A stretch of 32,000 nt of DNA, from positions 180,001 to 212,000 of the forward strand of contig NC_003902.1 in the NCBI RefSeq assembly GCF_000007145.1, in the 5' to 3' direction. The translations under genes and the position numbers were made by a program. Below the pieces are notes generated by a model that searched no databases, was not told the DNA's origin, and saw only the letters and a program-made list of their open reading frames with translations. Each line of letters starts with the position of its first letter. Positions within the stretch are counted from its first letter, which is position 1. Below are positions 8,216 to 17,497 of the stretch, piece after piece. The stretch is from Xanthomonas campestris pv. campestris str. ATCC 33913. GTDB taxonomy: Bacteria > Pseudomonadota > Gammaproteobacteria > Xanthomonadales > Xanthomonadaceae.

Positions 8216-9169
8216 TCACGGAATCAACAACGGCCGCAATGCAGGCACGTGCTGCGCCAACTCATCGGCGACGATCGCCGCAAACAGGTCTGCACCATCG
8301 GCGCCGAGATGCGTGTAGTCGAACGCGAGCTTGGCCTGGCCCATCGGTTCTGCGCTGGCGTTGTCCTGCGCCGTGGCAACGGCGGTGGTGGTCTTCGCCA
8401 CTGACGCAGGCGCCGAAGAGGGCGCCACCGTCTGCGCCGGTGTCTTGCCGATGGTGGTGCCCGATTGCGCGGCAACCAGTTGCGCCGGCTCGGCCGGCTG
8501 CTGCGCCAGCCGCATTGCCAGCACCGGGCCCATGCCTTGCACCAGCGCCCGGCTGCGCGCGTGCAGGTCGATGAGTGGCACCTGCAGCTCGCGTGCCACC
8601 GCACGCGTGGCCGCTGCCCACGGCGCCAGGTCGTCGATCAACTGGCCGCGTTCGAACTGCCGCCGCGTCAGCGGCGTCACCAGCACCGGCAGCGCCCCGG
8701 CCGCACGCGCGTCGTTGACGTAGCGACGCAGGTTGGCCGGGAATTCAGTGGCCAGATCGGTGGAGCGCCCCGGTTTGCCGGGTTGATCGTTATGGCCGAA
8801 CTGGATCAGCACCACCACCTGTCGATAGCCGCCGCTGCGCAGTTCCTTCAGCGCGATCTCCCACGAACCTTCGGCGCGGTAGTTGGACGTACTGCGGCCA
8901 CCGCGTGCCAGGTTGAGGCAGCTCAGAAACGAGGTGACATGCTGGGCGCAGAAACTCGGTCCCCAGCCGCCTTGCACGGCGGTGGTCGAATCGCCGACCA
9001 ACACGATCTTGCTGGCGGCCAACGGTGTGGTGGATGTCGCGGACACGGGCATGGTGGACGCAGACGCCGCTGGCGCTGCTGCAGCGGCCGTTGCAGCAGC
9101 GGCCGCCTGCGCCGACAACGCCGTGCACATGGCCAATAGTGTCAACGCCGCGAAAGAAAACATACGCAT
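8216..9169 (-). CDS. Secreted SGNH/GDSL hydrolase, rhamnogalacturonan acetylesterase-like (CE12)
   Basis: 317 aa with a signal peptide (MRMFSFAALTLLAMCTALSAQA). SGNH blocks are present: LVGDSTT, ARGGRST, QFGHND and DYTHLG. An Ala/Thr-rich low-complexity insert precedes block V. Confidence 0.8.
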   Translation of the reverse strand: MRMFSFAALTLLAMCTALSAQAAAAATAAAAAPAASASTMPVSATSTTPLAASKIVLVGDSTTAVQGGWGPSFCAQHVTSFLSCLNLARGGRSTSNYRAEGSWEIALKELRSGGYRQVVVLIQFGHNDQPGKPGRSTDLATEFPANLRRYVNDARAAGALPVLVTPLTRRQFERGQLIDDLAPWAAATRAVARELQVPLIDLHARSRALVQGMGPVLAMRLAQQPAEPAQLVAAQSGTTIGKTPAQTVAPSSAPASVAKTTTAVATAQDNASAEPMGQAKLAFDYTHLGADGADLFAAIVADELAQHVPALRPLLIP

Positions 9170-9191
9170 GGATCACCGTAGAGCAGGGCGG

Positions 9192-10814
9192 TCAGAACGT
9201 GCCGCGTTGAATGAAGGGGGCTTGTTGATACAGCTGCCGCTCGCCGCCGCGCGGGTCGTTCGCCAGCTGGCTGGGCACATCGAACAGCAGCGTCTCGCGG
9301 CGTTCCAGCGAGTACTGTTTCCAGCGCGGCAGGCTGCGATGATTGGGGTCGCCGTGACGCGCGAACGCGAGCAGGGCCGTGCTCATCTGGTCGGCCATCT
9401 GCTGCGCGGCAGGGCTATCGCCGGTACGCGATCCTGGCTGGGTAATGGTGTCGAAGACCAGCGGAATATCCAGCGTGTGGAAGGCGCCGAACTTGCCGCC
9501 GTCCAGTGGCGAGCCCCAGTCGAGTTGATACGCCCAGGTCGGTGCGCCCTGGCGTGCGCGTGCCTCGGCTTCTTCGATGGCGCCGCGCCAGGAGCGCCCC
9601 GCCGTGGTGGCCGCGAAAAACACCTGCGACGGCGTGTAATGCGGATACAGCCGGCGGTAGTGCGCAATCACCACCTGCGGCAGCAGGTCCACGTATTGCT
9701 GGGCTTCCAGCTTGGCCGGCAACGTGTCCCAGGTCAGCGCGAAGTTGCCTGCATCGTTTCCAAGAAATGCACGCGTTTCATCGCGTGTATTGCCAATCAC
9801 CATCGGGATGCGCGCCGACTGCACCGGTGCGGTGGGCCAGAACGGATGCACCGGCAACGCGCGTGCGTCCAGCACCGGACCCAGATACAGCGCGCTGTTT
9901 TCCACCCGCGAGGGGTCGCGCACCTGCGCGGCGGCCAGCAGCTGTGCCGCCGGCAGGGTGCGAATGCGCGCCAGCGTGTCGGGTGACAGTTTCAGCGCAT
10001 CCAGCAACAGCTGCGCGCGCTGGGTGGCCGCACGCGGGCCGGCGGCGGTGACCTGCTGGCCGCTCATGGTCCAGGCGCGGTGGAACAGCCCGCGCGCGGC
10101 CGGCATCGCCATCAGCGTGGCGATCTTGGCACCGCCGCCGGACTGGCCGAACACGGTGACATTGCCCGCATCGCCGCCAAATTCCGCTGCATGCGCGCGC
10201 ACCCACTGCAAGGCCTGGATGAGGTCGAGCTGGCCGGCATTGCCGGAGTCGGCAAACGTCGCATCGCCGAGCTGCGCCAGGTACAGGTACCCAAACACAT
10301 TGAGGCGGTGATTGACGGTGATCACCACCACATCGCCGCGCGTGCACAGACGGGTGCCGTCGTACAGCGGGTCGCTGCCGGAGCCGGTGGTATAGCCGCC
10401 GCCGTGGATGTAGACCAGGATCGGCCGCTTGCCACCATCGCGCAGCGCCGGCGTCCACACGTTGAGGAACAGGCAGTCTTCGCTGGTGGGTTCGCTGGCC
10501 TTTGGCTGCGGCGCGGCCGCACTGTACGCACTGGCATCGCGGATGCCGTCCCATGGCGTTTCCAGCACCGGCGCCTGAAAGCGCCGTGGCCCGGTGTCGC
10601 CCCCATAGGGAATTCCCTTGAACACGCAGATGCCCTGGCTACGGACACCGCGCACCTGGCCGCTGCGCACGCGTGCCACCGGTGTGCTGGTGTCGCGCGG
10701 CGGTGCCGGTGCGGCGGCGGCGCTCAGGCTGGGCACTGCGGCGGCAGCGCCGGCCAGCAGGCCGCCACACACCAGCAGGCGGCGGCGCGGATCAACGCGG
10801 TTGGCGCGCGTCAC
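9192..10814 (-). CDS. Carboxylesterase/lipase type B (PnbA-like), secreted
   Basis: 540 aa counted from GTG 10814, which overlaps the upstream stop as GTGA. The N-terminus ...DPRRRLLVCGGLLAGAAAAVPSLSAAA is a Tat/Sec-like signal. Family motifs: FKGIPYG, EDCLFLNVWTP, YIHGGGY and VFGQSGGG (catalytic Ser). The ORF-track extension to 11075 overlaps the upstream gene and is rejected. Confidence 0.8.
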   Translation of the reverse strand: MTRANRVDPRRRLLVCGGLLAGAAAAVPSLSAAAAPAPPRDTSTPVARVRSGQVRGVRSQGICVFKGIPYGGDTGPRRFQAPVLETPWDGIRDASAYSAAAPQPKASEPTSEDCLFLNVWTPALRDGGKRPILVYIHGGGYTTGSGSDPLYDGTRLCTRGDVVVITVNHRLNVFGYLYLAQLGDATFADSGNAGQLDLIQALQWVRAHAAEFGGDAGNVTVFGQSGGGAKIATLMAMPAARGLFHRAWTMSGQQVTAAGPRAATQRAQLLLDALKLSPDTLARIRTLPAAQLLAAAQVRDPSRVENSALYLGPVLDARALPVHPFWPTAPVQSARIPMVIGNTRDETRAFLGNDAGNFALTWDTLPAKLEAQQYVDLLPQVVIAHYRRLYPHYTPSQVFFAATTAGRSWRGAIEEAEARARQGAPTWAYQLDWGSPLDGGKFGAFHTLDIPLVFDTITQPGSRTGDSPAAQQMADQMSTALLAFARHGDPNHRSLPRWKQYSLERRETLLFDVPSQLANDPRGGERQLYQQAPFIQRGTF

Positions 10815-11866
10815 CGCGGCGCATCCTGCGGCGCGGCGGGTGCGCTGACCTGCTGGATCCAGGCCTGGGCCAGTTGCGGCCATGCAGCCAGGGTCAGCCC
10901 GGTGGTGCCGCGGGTGCCGAAGCCATGGCCGCCCTGCGGGAACACATGCAGCTCGCTCGGCACGCCGGCGCGCAGCAGCGCATCGTGCAGGAGCAGGCTG
11001 TTGCGTACCGAAACAACGGTGTCGTCCTGGGCATGCAGCAGGAAGGTGGGCGGCGTGCGTGCATCCACGTGCCATTGCGGCGAATACGCGCGCACCTTGG
11101 CCTCGCTGGGGGCATTGCCGAGCAGGCGCTCGCGCGAGCCCATGTGCGCGTTGGCGGCGTCCATGTCGATCACCGGGTAGATCAAGAGCTGGAAATCTGG
11201 GCGTGCGCTCAGCGTGTCGGCGCGGTCCACCGCCGGATACACCTGCGCGGCATAGCGGGTGCCCAGGCTGGCGGCCACATGCCCGCCGGCGGAGAAGCCC
11301 ATCACGCCCACACGCTGCGCATCGATGCCATAGCGCGTGGCATTGGCGCGGATCAGCCGGAGCGCGCGCTGCGCGTCGGCCAGCGGTACGTCGGCGCCGT
11401 TGGGGTGGCCATCGCCGGGCAGGCGGTAACGCAGCACGAACAGGGTGATGCCTGCCTGGTCAACAAACCCCGGCACCAGCGAGGTGCCTTCGTTGTCCAG
11501 CACGATGCGCTGATAGCCGCCGCCGGGCGTGACCAGCAGCGCGGTGCCGTTGGGCCGGGCAGGGCGGTACACCACCATGTACGGCGCGCTGATCGACTGG
11601 ATATAGCGGTCCGGCACGGCCGCATCGCTGCTGCGCTCCACGATGCGCTGCGGTTGCGGCAGCGCGGTGTCCCCCGGTGCCATTCCGGCCGGCCACAACG
11701 GAATACGGCTGGCCTGCTCGGCGGCGGTGTCCGCACTGGGGCGCTCGTCGGGGGCCGCGGCGGCGGCGCCAGCGCTGAGCAAGGCCAGGCTGAGAAGCAT
11801 GCCCCGGCAGCCTTGTACGACAACGGAAACGGCACGCCGGGCGTGCCTGCGATCGGTGTATTGCAT
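10811..11866 (-). CDS. Secreted alpha/beta hydrolase (acetyl/feruloyl esterase-like, often annotated xylanase-like esterase)
   Basis: 351 aa. Start ATG 11866 is preceded by GGGAGGGG. It has a signal-like N-terminus (MLLSLALLSAGAAAAAP), a nucleophile elbow GFSAGGH, and LLHAQDDTVV and GGHGF near the C-terminus. Confidence 0.75.
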   Translation of the reverse strand: MQYTDRRHARRAVSVVVQGCRGMLLSLALLSAGAAAAAPDERPSADTAAEQASRIPLWPAGMAPGDTALPQPQRIVERSSDAAVPDRYIQSISAPYMVVYRPARPNGTALLVTPGGGYQRIVLDNEGTSLVPGFVDQAGITLFVLRYRLPGDGHPNGADVPLADAQRALRLIRANATRYGIDAQRVGVMGFSAGGHVAASLGTRYAAQVYPAVDRADTLSARPDFQLLIYPVIDMDAANAHMGSRERLLGNAPSEAKVRAYSPQWHVDARTPPTFLLHAQDDTVVSVRNSLLLHDALLRAGVPSELHVFPQGGHGFGTRGTTGLTLAAWPQLAQAWIQQVSAPAAPQDAPR

Positions 11867-11920
11867 CGACCCCTCCCAGGGTTTGCTTCGCTGCGGCGCA
11901 CATGTTTGCCGCACTGCACA

Positions 11921-11949
11921 TTGCCAATGACACCGGTTTACCATATACA
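11921..11949 (+). promoter_or_regulatory. Candidate sigma70 promoter for the hydratase-TRAP-GH43 operon
   Basis: TTGCCA (11921-11926), a 17-bp spacer and TATACA (11944-11949). The spacer is almost entirely the conserved operator-like sequence. Confidence 0.3.
11925..11943. promoter_or_regulatory. Operator-like site 1 (CAATGACACCGGTTTACCA) in the divergent intergenic region
   Basis: It is identical 19/19 to 19366-19384. It has an imperfect dyad around the ACCGGT core. It lies between divergent start codons 11866 (-) and 12007 (+). Confidence 0.6.
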
Positions 11950-12006
11950 GCACACCGTGCCGCTGTCGATTGGCAGTGCAACAAAACATCCATCAGGGAG
12001 ACACCC

Positions 12007-12828
12007 TTGAGCAACGACGCCGCCACCCCGCCTTCGTCCACGTCCACGCTGTCCAAGATTGCCCAGCGCTTCGTGGAGGCCCGCCGCGCAGGCGCGTCGC
12101 TGCCCGACTTTCCAGGGGAAATCCCCGACGATCTGGTGACTGCCTACCAGGTGCAGGACATCGCCATCAGCCAGTGGGACGACCAGGTGGTCGGCTGGAA
12201 GGTGGGCTACATCGCCGCCGAGCGCCGCGACCACTCCGGCGACGAGCGCCTGCTGGGGCCGATCTTCGCCAACAAGCTGTGGAATGCCACCGGTGGTACA
12301 ACCGAGTTCCCGATCTACGAAGGCGGCTTTGGCGCGGTGGAAGCGGAGTACGTGCTGATGCTCGACGCCGATGCCCCGGCAGAGCAGACCCACTTCACCC
12401 CGGAGCAGGCCGCCCAGGTGCCGGCCACATTGTTCATTGGCGTGGAGATCGCCAGCAGCCCGCTGGCCACCATCAACAAGCTGGGCCCGCGCGTGGTGGT
12501 CTCGGATTTCGGCAATAACAACGGGCTGATCCTGGGGCCGGAAATCACCGACTGGCTGGGCCGCGACGAGGCCTCACTGACCGCGCAGACCCTGATCGAC
12601 GACCAGGTGGTAGGCACGGGCGGCGCCACCACGCTGCCCGGCGGGTTGCGTGCGGCCTACGCTTTTGCGCTCAGCCGTTCGGCTCAGCGCGGGCGCCCGC
12701 TCAAGCGCGGTGATCTCATCGCCACGGGCAATGCCACCGGTATCCATGATATCGAAGTGGGACAGCGCGCCCTGATTCGCTTTGCCGGCTTCGGCGACAT
12801 TTCCTGTACGGCTGTGTCCGCCAAATAA
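12007..12828 (+). CDS. 2-keto-4-pentenoate hydratase / FAH-superfamily (MhpD-like) protein
   Basis: 273 aa. TTG start at 12007, 8 nt after AGGGAG. The layout AYQVQD...GWKVGY...GPIF...EAEYVL...GNATG is typical of MhpD/HpcG-type hydratase/decarboxylases. Confidence 0.65.
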   Translation: MSNDAATPPSSTSTLSKIAQRFVEARRAGASLPDFPGEIPDDLVTAYQVQDIAISQWDDQVVGWKVGYIAAERRDHSGDERLLGPIFANKLWNATGGTTEFPIYEGGFGAVEAEYVLMLDADAPAEQTHFTPEQAAQVPATLFIGVEIASSPLATINKLGPRVVVSDFGNNNGLILGPEITDWLGRDEASLTAQTLIDDQVVGTGGATTLPGGLRAAYAFALSRSAQRGRPLKRGDLIATGNATGIHDIEVGQRALIRFAGFGDISCTAVSAK

Positions 12829-12864
12829 CGCGGATGCAGTGACCAGACGCTTGGGAGGGCGCCA

Positions 12865-13863
12865 ATGATCACTCGCAGACATTTCCTCGGTGCCGGGCTC
12901 GGCGCCGCCGCCGCCAGTCCCTGGCTGGGCGCCGGTGCCACCACACCGATTCCCGGCGGGCAGCTGCTCACCGCCACCGACGTGCACGTGGGCGACTACC
13001 CCACCGTGGAAGCGGTGCGCTGGTTCGGCAAGCAGCTCGAAGCACGCACCAATGGCCGGCTGAAGCTGCGCCAGTACCACTCCGGCCAGCTGGGCCGCGA
13101 GTCCGAGGCGATCGACATGGCGCGCTTCGGTGCCATCGACATCACCCGCGTCTACTCCGGTGCGTTGAACAACACCTTTCCGCTGACCCAGGCACTGTGC
13201 TTGCCATACGTGTTCGACTCGGTGCCCCATCTGCGCCGCGCCATCGACGGCCATGTCGGCGACAGCGTGTTGCGCAGCTTCGAACAGCGCGATCTGGTCG
13301 GCCTGGCCATCTACGATTCCGGCGCGCGCTGCTTCTACAACACCAAGCATCCGCTGCACCGCCCGGAAGATCTCAAGGGCCTGAAACTGCGCGTGGCCTC
13401 TTCGGACATCTTCCTCAAGCTGATGCGCATGCTGGGCGCCAACCCCACGCCGATGTCGCTGGGCGAGACGTTCTCGGCGATGGAAACGCACATGATCGAC
13501 GGTGCGGAAAACAACATGCGCAGCTTCCAGTCCAGCCGCCATTTCGAAGCGGCGCGCTACTGGTCGCAGAGCGAGCATTCCTACGCGCCGGACATCCTGG
13601 TGATGTCGCGCAAGAGCTTCGAATCGCTGAGTCCGGCCGATCGTGGCCTGGTGGTGGAACTGGCGCGTGCGTCGGTGCCGGTGATGCGCACGCTGTGGGA
13701 TGCCTCCGAGGCCACCGCGCGGCAGCAGGTGATCGATTACGGCGTCAAGCTCAATCAGGTCGACATGCCGGCGTTCCGCGCCGCCGCCGCGCCGCTGCTG
13801 GCCGAGTACCGGCGCCAGCCGGAGATCGAAGCGCTGTACCGCCGCATCCGCGATTTTGCATAG
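12865..13863 (+). CDS. TRAP transporter substrate-binding protein (DctP family) with a Tat-type signal
   Basis: 332 aa. N-terminus MITRRHFLGAGLGAAAASPWLGAGA; SD GGGAGGG upstream. DctP-family layout (...QLGRESEAIDMARFGAIDITRV..., ...LKGLKLRV..., ...GAENN...). Confidence 0.85.
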   Translation: MITRRHFLGAGLGAAAASPWLGAGATTPIPGGQLLTATDVHVGDYPTVEAVRWFGKQLEARTNGRLKLRQYHSGQLGRESEAIDMARFGAIDITRVYSGALNNTFPLTQALCLPYVFDSVPHLRRAIDGHVGDSVLRSFEQRDLVGLAIYDSGARCFYNTKHPLHRPEDLKGLKLRVASSDIFLKLMRMLGANPTPMSLGETFSAMETHMIDGAENNMRSFQSSRHFEAARYWSQSEHSYAPDILVMSRKSFESLSPADRGLVVELARASVPVMRTLWDASEATARQQVIDYGVKLNQVDMPAFRAAAAPLLAEYRRQPEIEALYRRIRDFA

Positions 13864-13873
13864 AGGTGACCCG

Positions 13874-14395
13874 ATGACCGAACCCGCATCCGTCAACGTG
13901 CCGGTCGCGCCATTGCAGCGCGCGCTGGACCGCGTTTCCAACGTCGCCATCAGCGTGGCAGCCATTGCGCTGCTTGGCCTGGTGGTCGTGCAGGGCTGGC
14001 AGGTGTTCACCCGCTACGTGCTCAACGACTCGCCCAGCTGGACCGAGCCGGTGACCCTGCTGTTGCTCAGCACCGCGCTGAGCCTGGCCGCCGCCGCCGG
14101 CGTGCATACCAACCGCCATTTCGGCTTCTATCTGCTCGGCGAACACATGCCGCCGCTGGTGCGCCGCGTGTTCGACGTGATTCGCCCGGTGATGATCATT
14201 GCCATCGGCGCGGTGCTGGCCTGGTGGAGTGCGGTCCTGTTGCTGGACGGGCTGGACATCAAGATGGCCGGCGCGCAGATGCCGCAGAGCATCAACTATC
14301 TGCCGCTGTCCATTGGCGGCGCGCTGATGGTGGTGTTTGCCTTGTACAAGTTGTGGCGTGTGCTGCGCCCGATCCACACCGGAGGAGTGCGCTGA
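13874..14395 (+). CDS. TRAP transporter small permease (DctQ family)
   Basis: 173 aa with four hydrophobic helices. ATG 13874 follows GAGGTG. The stop overlaps the next start (TGATG). Confidence 0.8.
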   Translation: MTEPASVNVPVAPLQRALDRVSNVAISVAAIALLGLVVVQGWQVFTRYVLNDSPSWTEPVTLLLLSTALSLAAAAGVHTNRHFGFYLLGEHMPPLVRRVFDVIRPVMIIAIGAVLAWWSAVLLLDGLDIKMAGAQMPQSINYLPLSIGGALMVVFALYKLWRVLRPIHTGGVR

Positions 14396-15678
14396 TGGGC
14401 ATCGCCATGTTGTTGGGAACCTTTGTGGTGCTGCTGCTGATCGGCGTGCCGGTGGCCTACGCCCTGGGCGCGGCCGCACTGGCCACGTTGCTGTATCTGG
14501 ACCTGCCCACGGTGGTGCTGGTGCAGCAGATTTCCGCCGGTAGCGGCTCGGCGTCGTTGATCGCGATTCCGTTGTTTATCTTTGCCGGCGAGCTGATGCT
14601 GCGTGGTGGCATTTCCGAACGCCTGATCGCGCTGGCGTCATCGCTGGTGGGGCGTGTGCGCGGTGGCCTGGGCCAGGTCAGCGTGCTGTCGTCGCTGTTC
14701 TTCGGCGGCGTGTCCGGCTCAGCGATTGCCGATGTCTCGGCGGTTGGCGGCACGATGATTCCGCAGATGATCAAGCGCGGCTACGACCGCGATTACGCGG
14801 TGAACGTGAGCATGACCGCCGCGCTGGTGGCGTTGCTGGTGCCGCCTTCGCACAACCTGATCCTGTTCTCGGCCGCGGCCGGCGGTGGCTTGTCGATCGC
14901 CGATCTGTTCGCGGCCGGCATCGTGCCTGCGTTGCTGATGACCGCCGCCATGATGGTCACCGGCTATGCGGTGGCGCGCCATCGCGGCTACGGCACCGAG
15001 CCGTTCCCGGGCTGGCGTGCGGTGGCCTTGCGCCTGTTCGGCGCACTGCCGGGCCTGGGCCTGGTGGCGCTGATCTTCATCGGTATCCGCGCCGGCATCT
15101 TTACCGCGGTGGAGAGTGCGGCCATCGCGGTGGTGTATGCGTTGATCGTCACCGCATTGCTGTATCGGCAGCTGCGCTGGGCCGAGTTCTTCGCTGCGGT
15201 GACGCATGCCGCGCGCACCACCGGCGTGATCCTGTTCGTGATCGCCACTGCGGCAGTATTCGGCTGGTTGCTTGCGTACCTGCAAGTGCCGGCGGCGGCG
15301 GTGAAGTTCCTGCAGGCCATTGCCGACAGCAAGAACACCGTGTTGCTGATGATCGTGGTGATGCTGCTGCTGCTGGGCATGTTCATGGACCTGGCACCGA
15401 AGATCCTGATCTGCACGCCGATCTTCCTGCCGGTGGTCAAGGCCTACGGCATCGACCCGATCCACTTCGGCTTGGTGATGGTGCTGGCCGGCGGTATCGG
15501 CTTGATCACGCCGCCGATCGGCTCGGTGTTGTTCATTGGTACCTCGATCGGCGAAATCACCGTGGCCCAAAGCATGCGCACCATCTGGCCGTTCTGGCTG
15601 GCGGCGTTGTGCGTGTTGCTGATCGTGGCGTTCTTCCCGGAGCTGTCGCTCTGGTTGCCCAGGGCACTGCGCGCGTAA
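14395..15678 (+). CDS. TRAP transporter large permease (DctM family)
   Basis: 427 aa, polytopic. It starts MGIAMLLGTFVVLLLIGVPVAYALG and contains ...PLFIFAGELM... and ...SGSAIADV..., the typical DctM blocks. Confidence 0.9.
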   Translation: MGIAMLLGTFVVLLLIGVPVAYALGAAALATLLYLDLPTVVLVQQISAGSGSASLIAIPLFIFAGELMLRGGISERLIALASSLVGRVRGGLGQVSVLSSLFFGGVSGSAIADVSAVGGTMIPQMIKRGYDRDYAVNVSMTAALVALLVPPSHNLILFSAAAGGGLSIADLFAAGIVPALLMTAAMMVTGYAVARHRGYGTEPFPGWRAVALRLFGALPGLGLVALIFIGIRAGIFTAVESAAIAVVYALIVTALLYRQLRWAEFFAAVTHAARTTGVILFVIATAAVFGWLLAYLQVPAAAVKFLQAIADSKNTVLLMIVVMLLLLGMFMDLAPKILICTPIFLPVVKAYGIDPIHFGLVMVLAGGIGLITPPIGSVLFIGTSIGEITVAQSMRTIWPFWLAALCVLLIVAFFPELSLWLPRALRA

Positions 15679-15689
15679 GCGCCAGTGCC

Positions 15690-15706
15690 GGCGGGAGTCT
15701 CCCGCC
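15690..15706 (+). terminator. Short hairpin after the DctM-family gene
   Basis: GGCGGG-AGTCT-CCCGCC followed by TTCATCC. The stem is short and the T-tract weak. Confidence 0.3.
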
Positions 15707-15776
15707 TTCATCCAGCGGCCGGCGCTCCAGGTGCCGGCCGCTGCATCGCCCCGCACACCGGGGACAAGGAGAGAGC

Positions 15777-17357
15777 ATGCGGTTTCGAACCACCCCCCTG
15801 GCCCTGCGTTGGCTGACCACCGGGCTGCTGCTGTGCGCCAGCCTGGCCACCGCCGCCGACTGGAAGCGCGGCATCGAGCACCAGCGCATCGCCGATCAAG
15901 GCAATGGCACCTTCCTCAACCCGGTCTTGGCCGGCGACCATCCCGACCCGTCGGTGCTCAAGGACGGGCAGGACTACTACCTCACGCTGTCTTCGTTCGA
16001 CGCCTACCCCGGCCTGCCGATCTGGCATTCGCGCGATCTGGTCAACTGGCAGCCGCTGGGCCATGCCATCACCCAGAACGTCGGCGCGATCTGGGCACCG
16101 GACCTGATCAAGCACGGCAAGCGCTACTACATCTATTTCCCGGCGCGGCGTGGCGACCAGGGCGAGCGCAGCAATTTCGTGGTGTGGGCCGACGACATCA
16201 AGGGCCCGTGGAGCAAGCCGATCGACATCGGCCTGGGCAAGTACATCGACCCCGGTCACGCAGTGGGCGAAGATGGCAAGCGCTACCTGTTCCTGAGCGG
16301 CGGCGACTATGTGCAGCTGTCCGACGACGGCCTGAAGGTGGTCGGCACGCCCAAGCACGTCTACGACGGCTGGAAATACCCGGAAAGCTGGGATGTGGAA
16401 GGCTATGCCCAGGAAGGCCCCAAGATCACCCGCCACAACGGCTGGTACTACATGACCACCGCGGTGGGCGGCACCGCCGGCCCGCCGACCGGGCACATGG
16501 TGATCACCGCGCGCTCGCGCTCGATCCACGGCCCCTGGCAGAACGCGCCCAACAACCCGATCACCCGCACCAAGAGCGCCGACGAGCCGTGGTGGTCGCG
16601 TGGCCACGCCACCCTGGTGGAAGGCACCGACCAGCGTTGGTGGATGCTCTACCACGGCTACGAGCACGGCTTCTGGACGCTGGGCCGGCAGGCCTTGCTC
16701 GACCCCATCGAGTGGACGCCCGATGGCTGGTTCGTGGCCAAGGGCGGCGACCTGGGCACCCCGTTGAAGAAGCCCAGCGGCCAGGCCCTGCCGCACGGCC
16801 TGGCATTGTCGGACGACTTCCGCGCCGCAACGCTGGGCCCGCAGTGGTCGTTCTTCAACCCGGCCGCCGATGAAGCCAAGCGCCTGCAGGTGGGCGATGG
16901 CGTGCTGCGCCTGCAGGGCAAGGGCAGCGCACCGCGCGATGCCTCGCCGCTGACGGTGATCGCCACCGACCAGGCCTATCAGTTCGAGGTGCAGATGACC
17001 GTGGCACCGGGCGGGCAGGGCGGGGCGCTGCTGTTCTACAGCGACAAGCTCTACGCCGGGGTGGGCAGCAATGGCGAACACTTCGTCATGCACCGCTACG
17101 GCGAAGAACGCCCGGCCAAGCTGGCGCCCAGCAGCAAGGGCGGCGCGCTGTGGCTGCGCGTCACCAATAACCGCCACATCGTCACCATCCACACCAGCAC
17201 CGACGGCACCACCTGGACCAAGTACCCGGTGCAGATGGAAGTGTCCGGCTACCACCACAACGTGGCCGGCAAGTTCCTGGCACTGAAACCGGCGTTGTAC
17301 GCCGCCGGGCAGGGCCAGGTTGAGTTCCGCAACTTCCGCTACCGCGCTCTGGACTGA
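15777..17357 (+). CDS. Glycoside hydrolase family 43 (beta-xylosidase/alpha-L-arabinofuranosidase type) with a C-terminal beta-sandwich domain, secreted
   Basis: 526 aa. AAGGAGAG lies upstream of ATG 15777. Signal peptide MRFRTTPLALRWLTTGLLLCASLATAADW. GH43 motifs: NPVLAGDHPDPSV, IWAPDL and YAQEGPK. Confidence 0.85.
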   Translation: MRFRTTPLALRWLTTGLLLCASLATAADWKRGIEHQRIADQGNGTFLNPVLAGDHPDPSVLKDGQDYYLTLSSFDAYPGLPIWHSRDLVNWQPLGHAITQNVGAIWAPDLIKHGKRYYIYFPARRGDQGERSNFVVWADDIKGPWSKPIDIGLGKYIDPGHAVGEDGKRYLFLSGGDYVQLSDDGLKVVGTPKHVYDGWKYPESWDVEGYAQEGPKITRHNGWYYMTTAVGGTAGPPTGHMVITARSRSIHGPWQNAPNNPITRTKSADEPWWSRGHATLVEGTDQRWWMLYHGYEHGFWTLGRQALLDPIEWTPDGWFVAKGGDLGTPLKKPSGQALPHGLALSDDFRAATLGPQWSFFNPAADEAKRLQVGDGVLRLQGKGSAPRDASPLTVIATDQAYQFEVQMTVAPGGQGGALLFYSDKLYAGVGSNGEHFVMHRYGEERPAKLAPSSKGGALWLRVTNNRHIVTIHTSTDGTTWTKYPVQMEVSGYHHNVAGKFLALKPALYAAGQGQVEFRNFRYRALD

Positions 17358-17482
17358 CCGTTCTGCATCGCCAGGCATGCCGCGGCGCCACTGGCCGCGG
17401 CCCGCCACAGGGTGCGAAACGGGACATCGGCAGGCTCCGCTAGGGCCTGCTGGCCCGCTGGCCGGTAGAATCCAATCAACTC

Positions 17483-17494
17483 GAACGGTTGACC
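17483..17494. promoter_or_regulatory. Degenerate operator-like site in front of the LacI-family gene
   Basis: GAACGGTTGACC matches 9/12 to CACCGGTTTACC of the conserved site. It lies 12 nt downstream of a TAGAAT box (17466-17471). The context GCCGGTAGAAT is shared with the kduI promoter. Confidence 0.3.
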
Positions 17495-17497
17495 GCT

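Noticed and set aside
11887-11911. A PIP-box-like motif (TTCGC-N15-TTCGC, HrpX regulon) in the divergent promoter region.
   Set aside because: Only the first half-site, TTCGC at 11887-11891, is present. The sequence 15 nt downstream is TGCCG (2/5 match). I saw no convincing PIP box elsewhere in the locus promoters.
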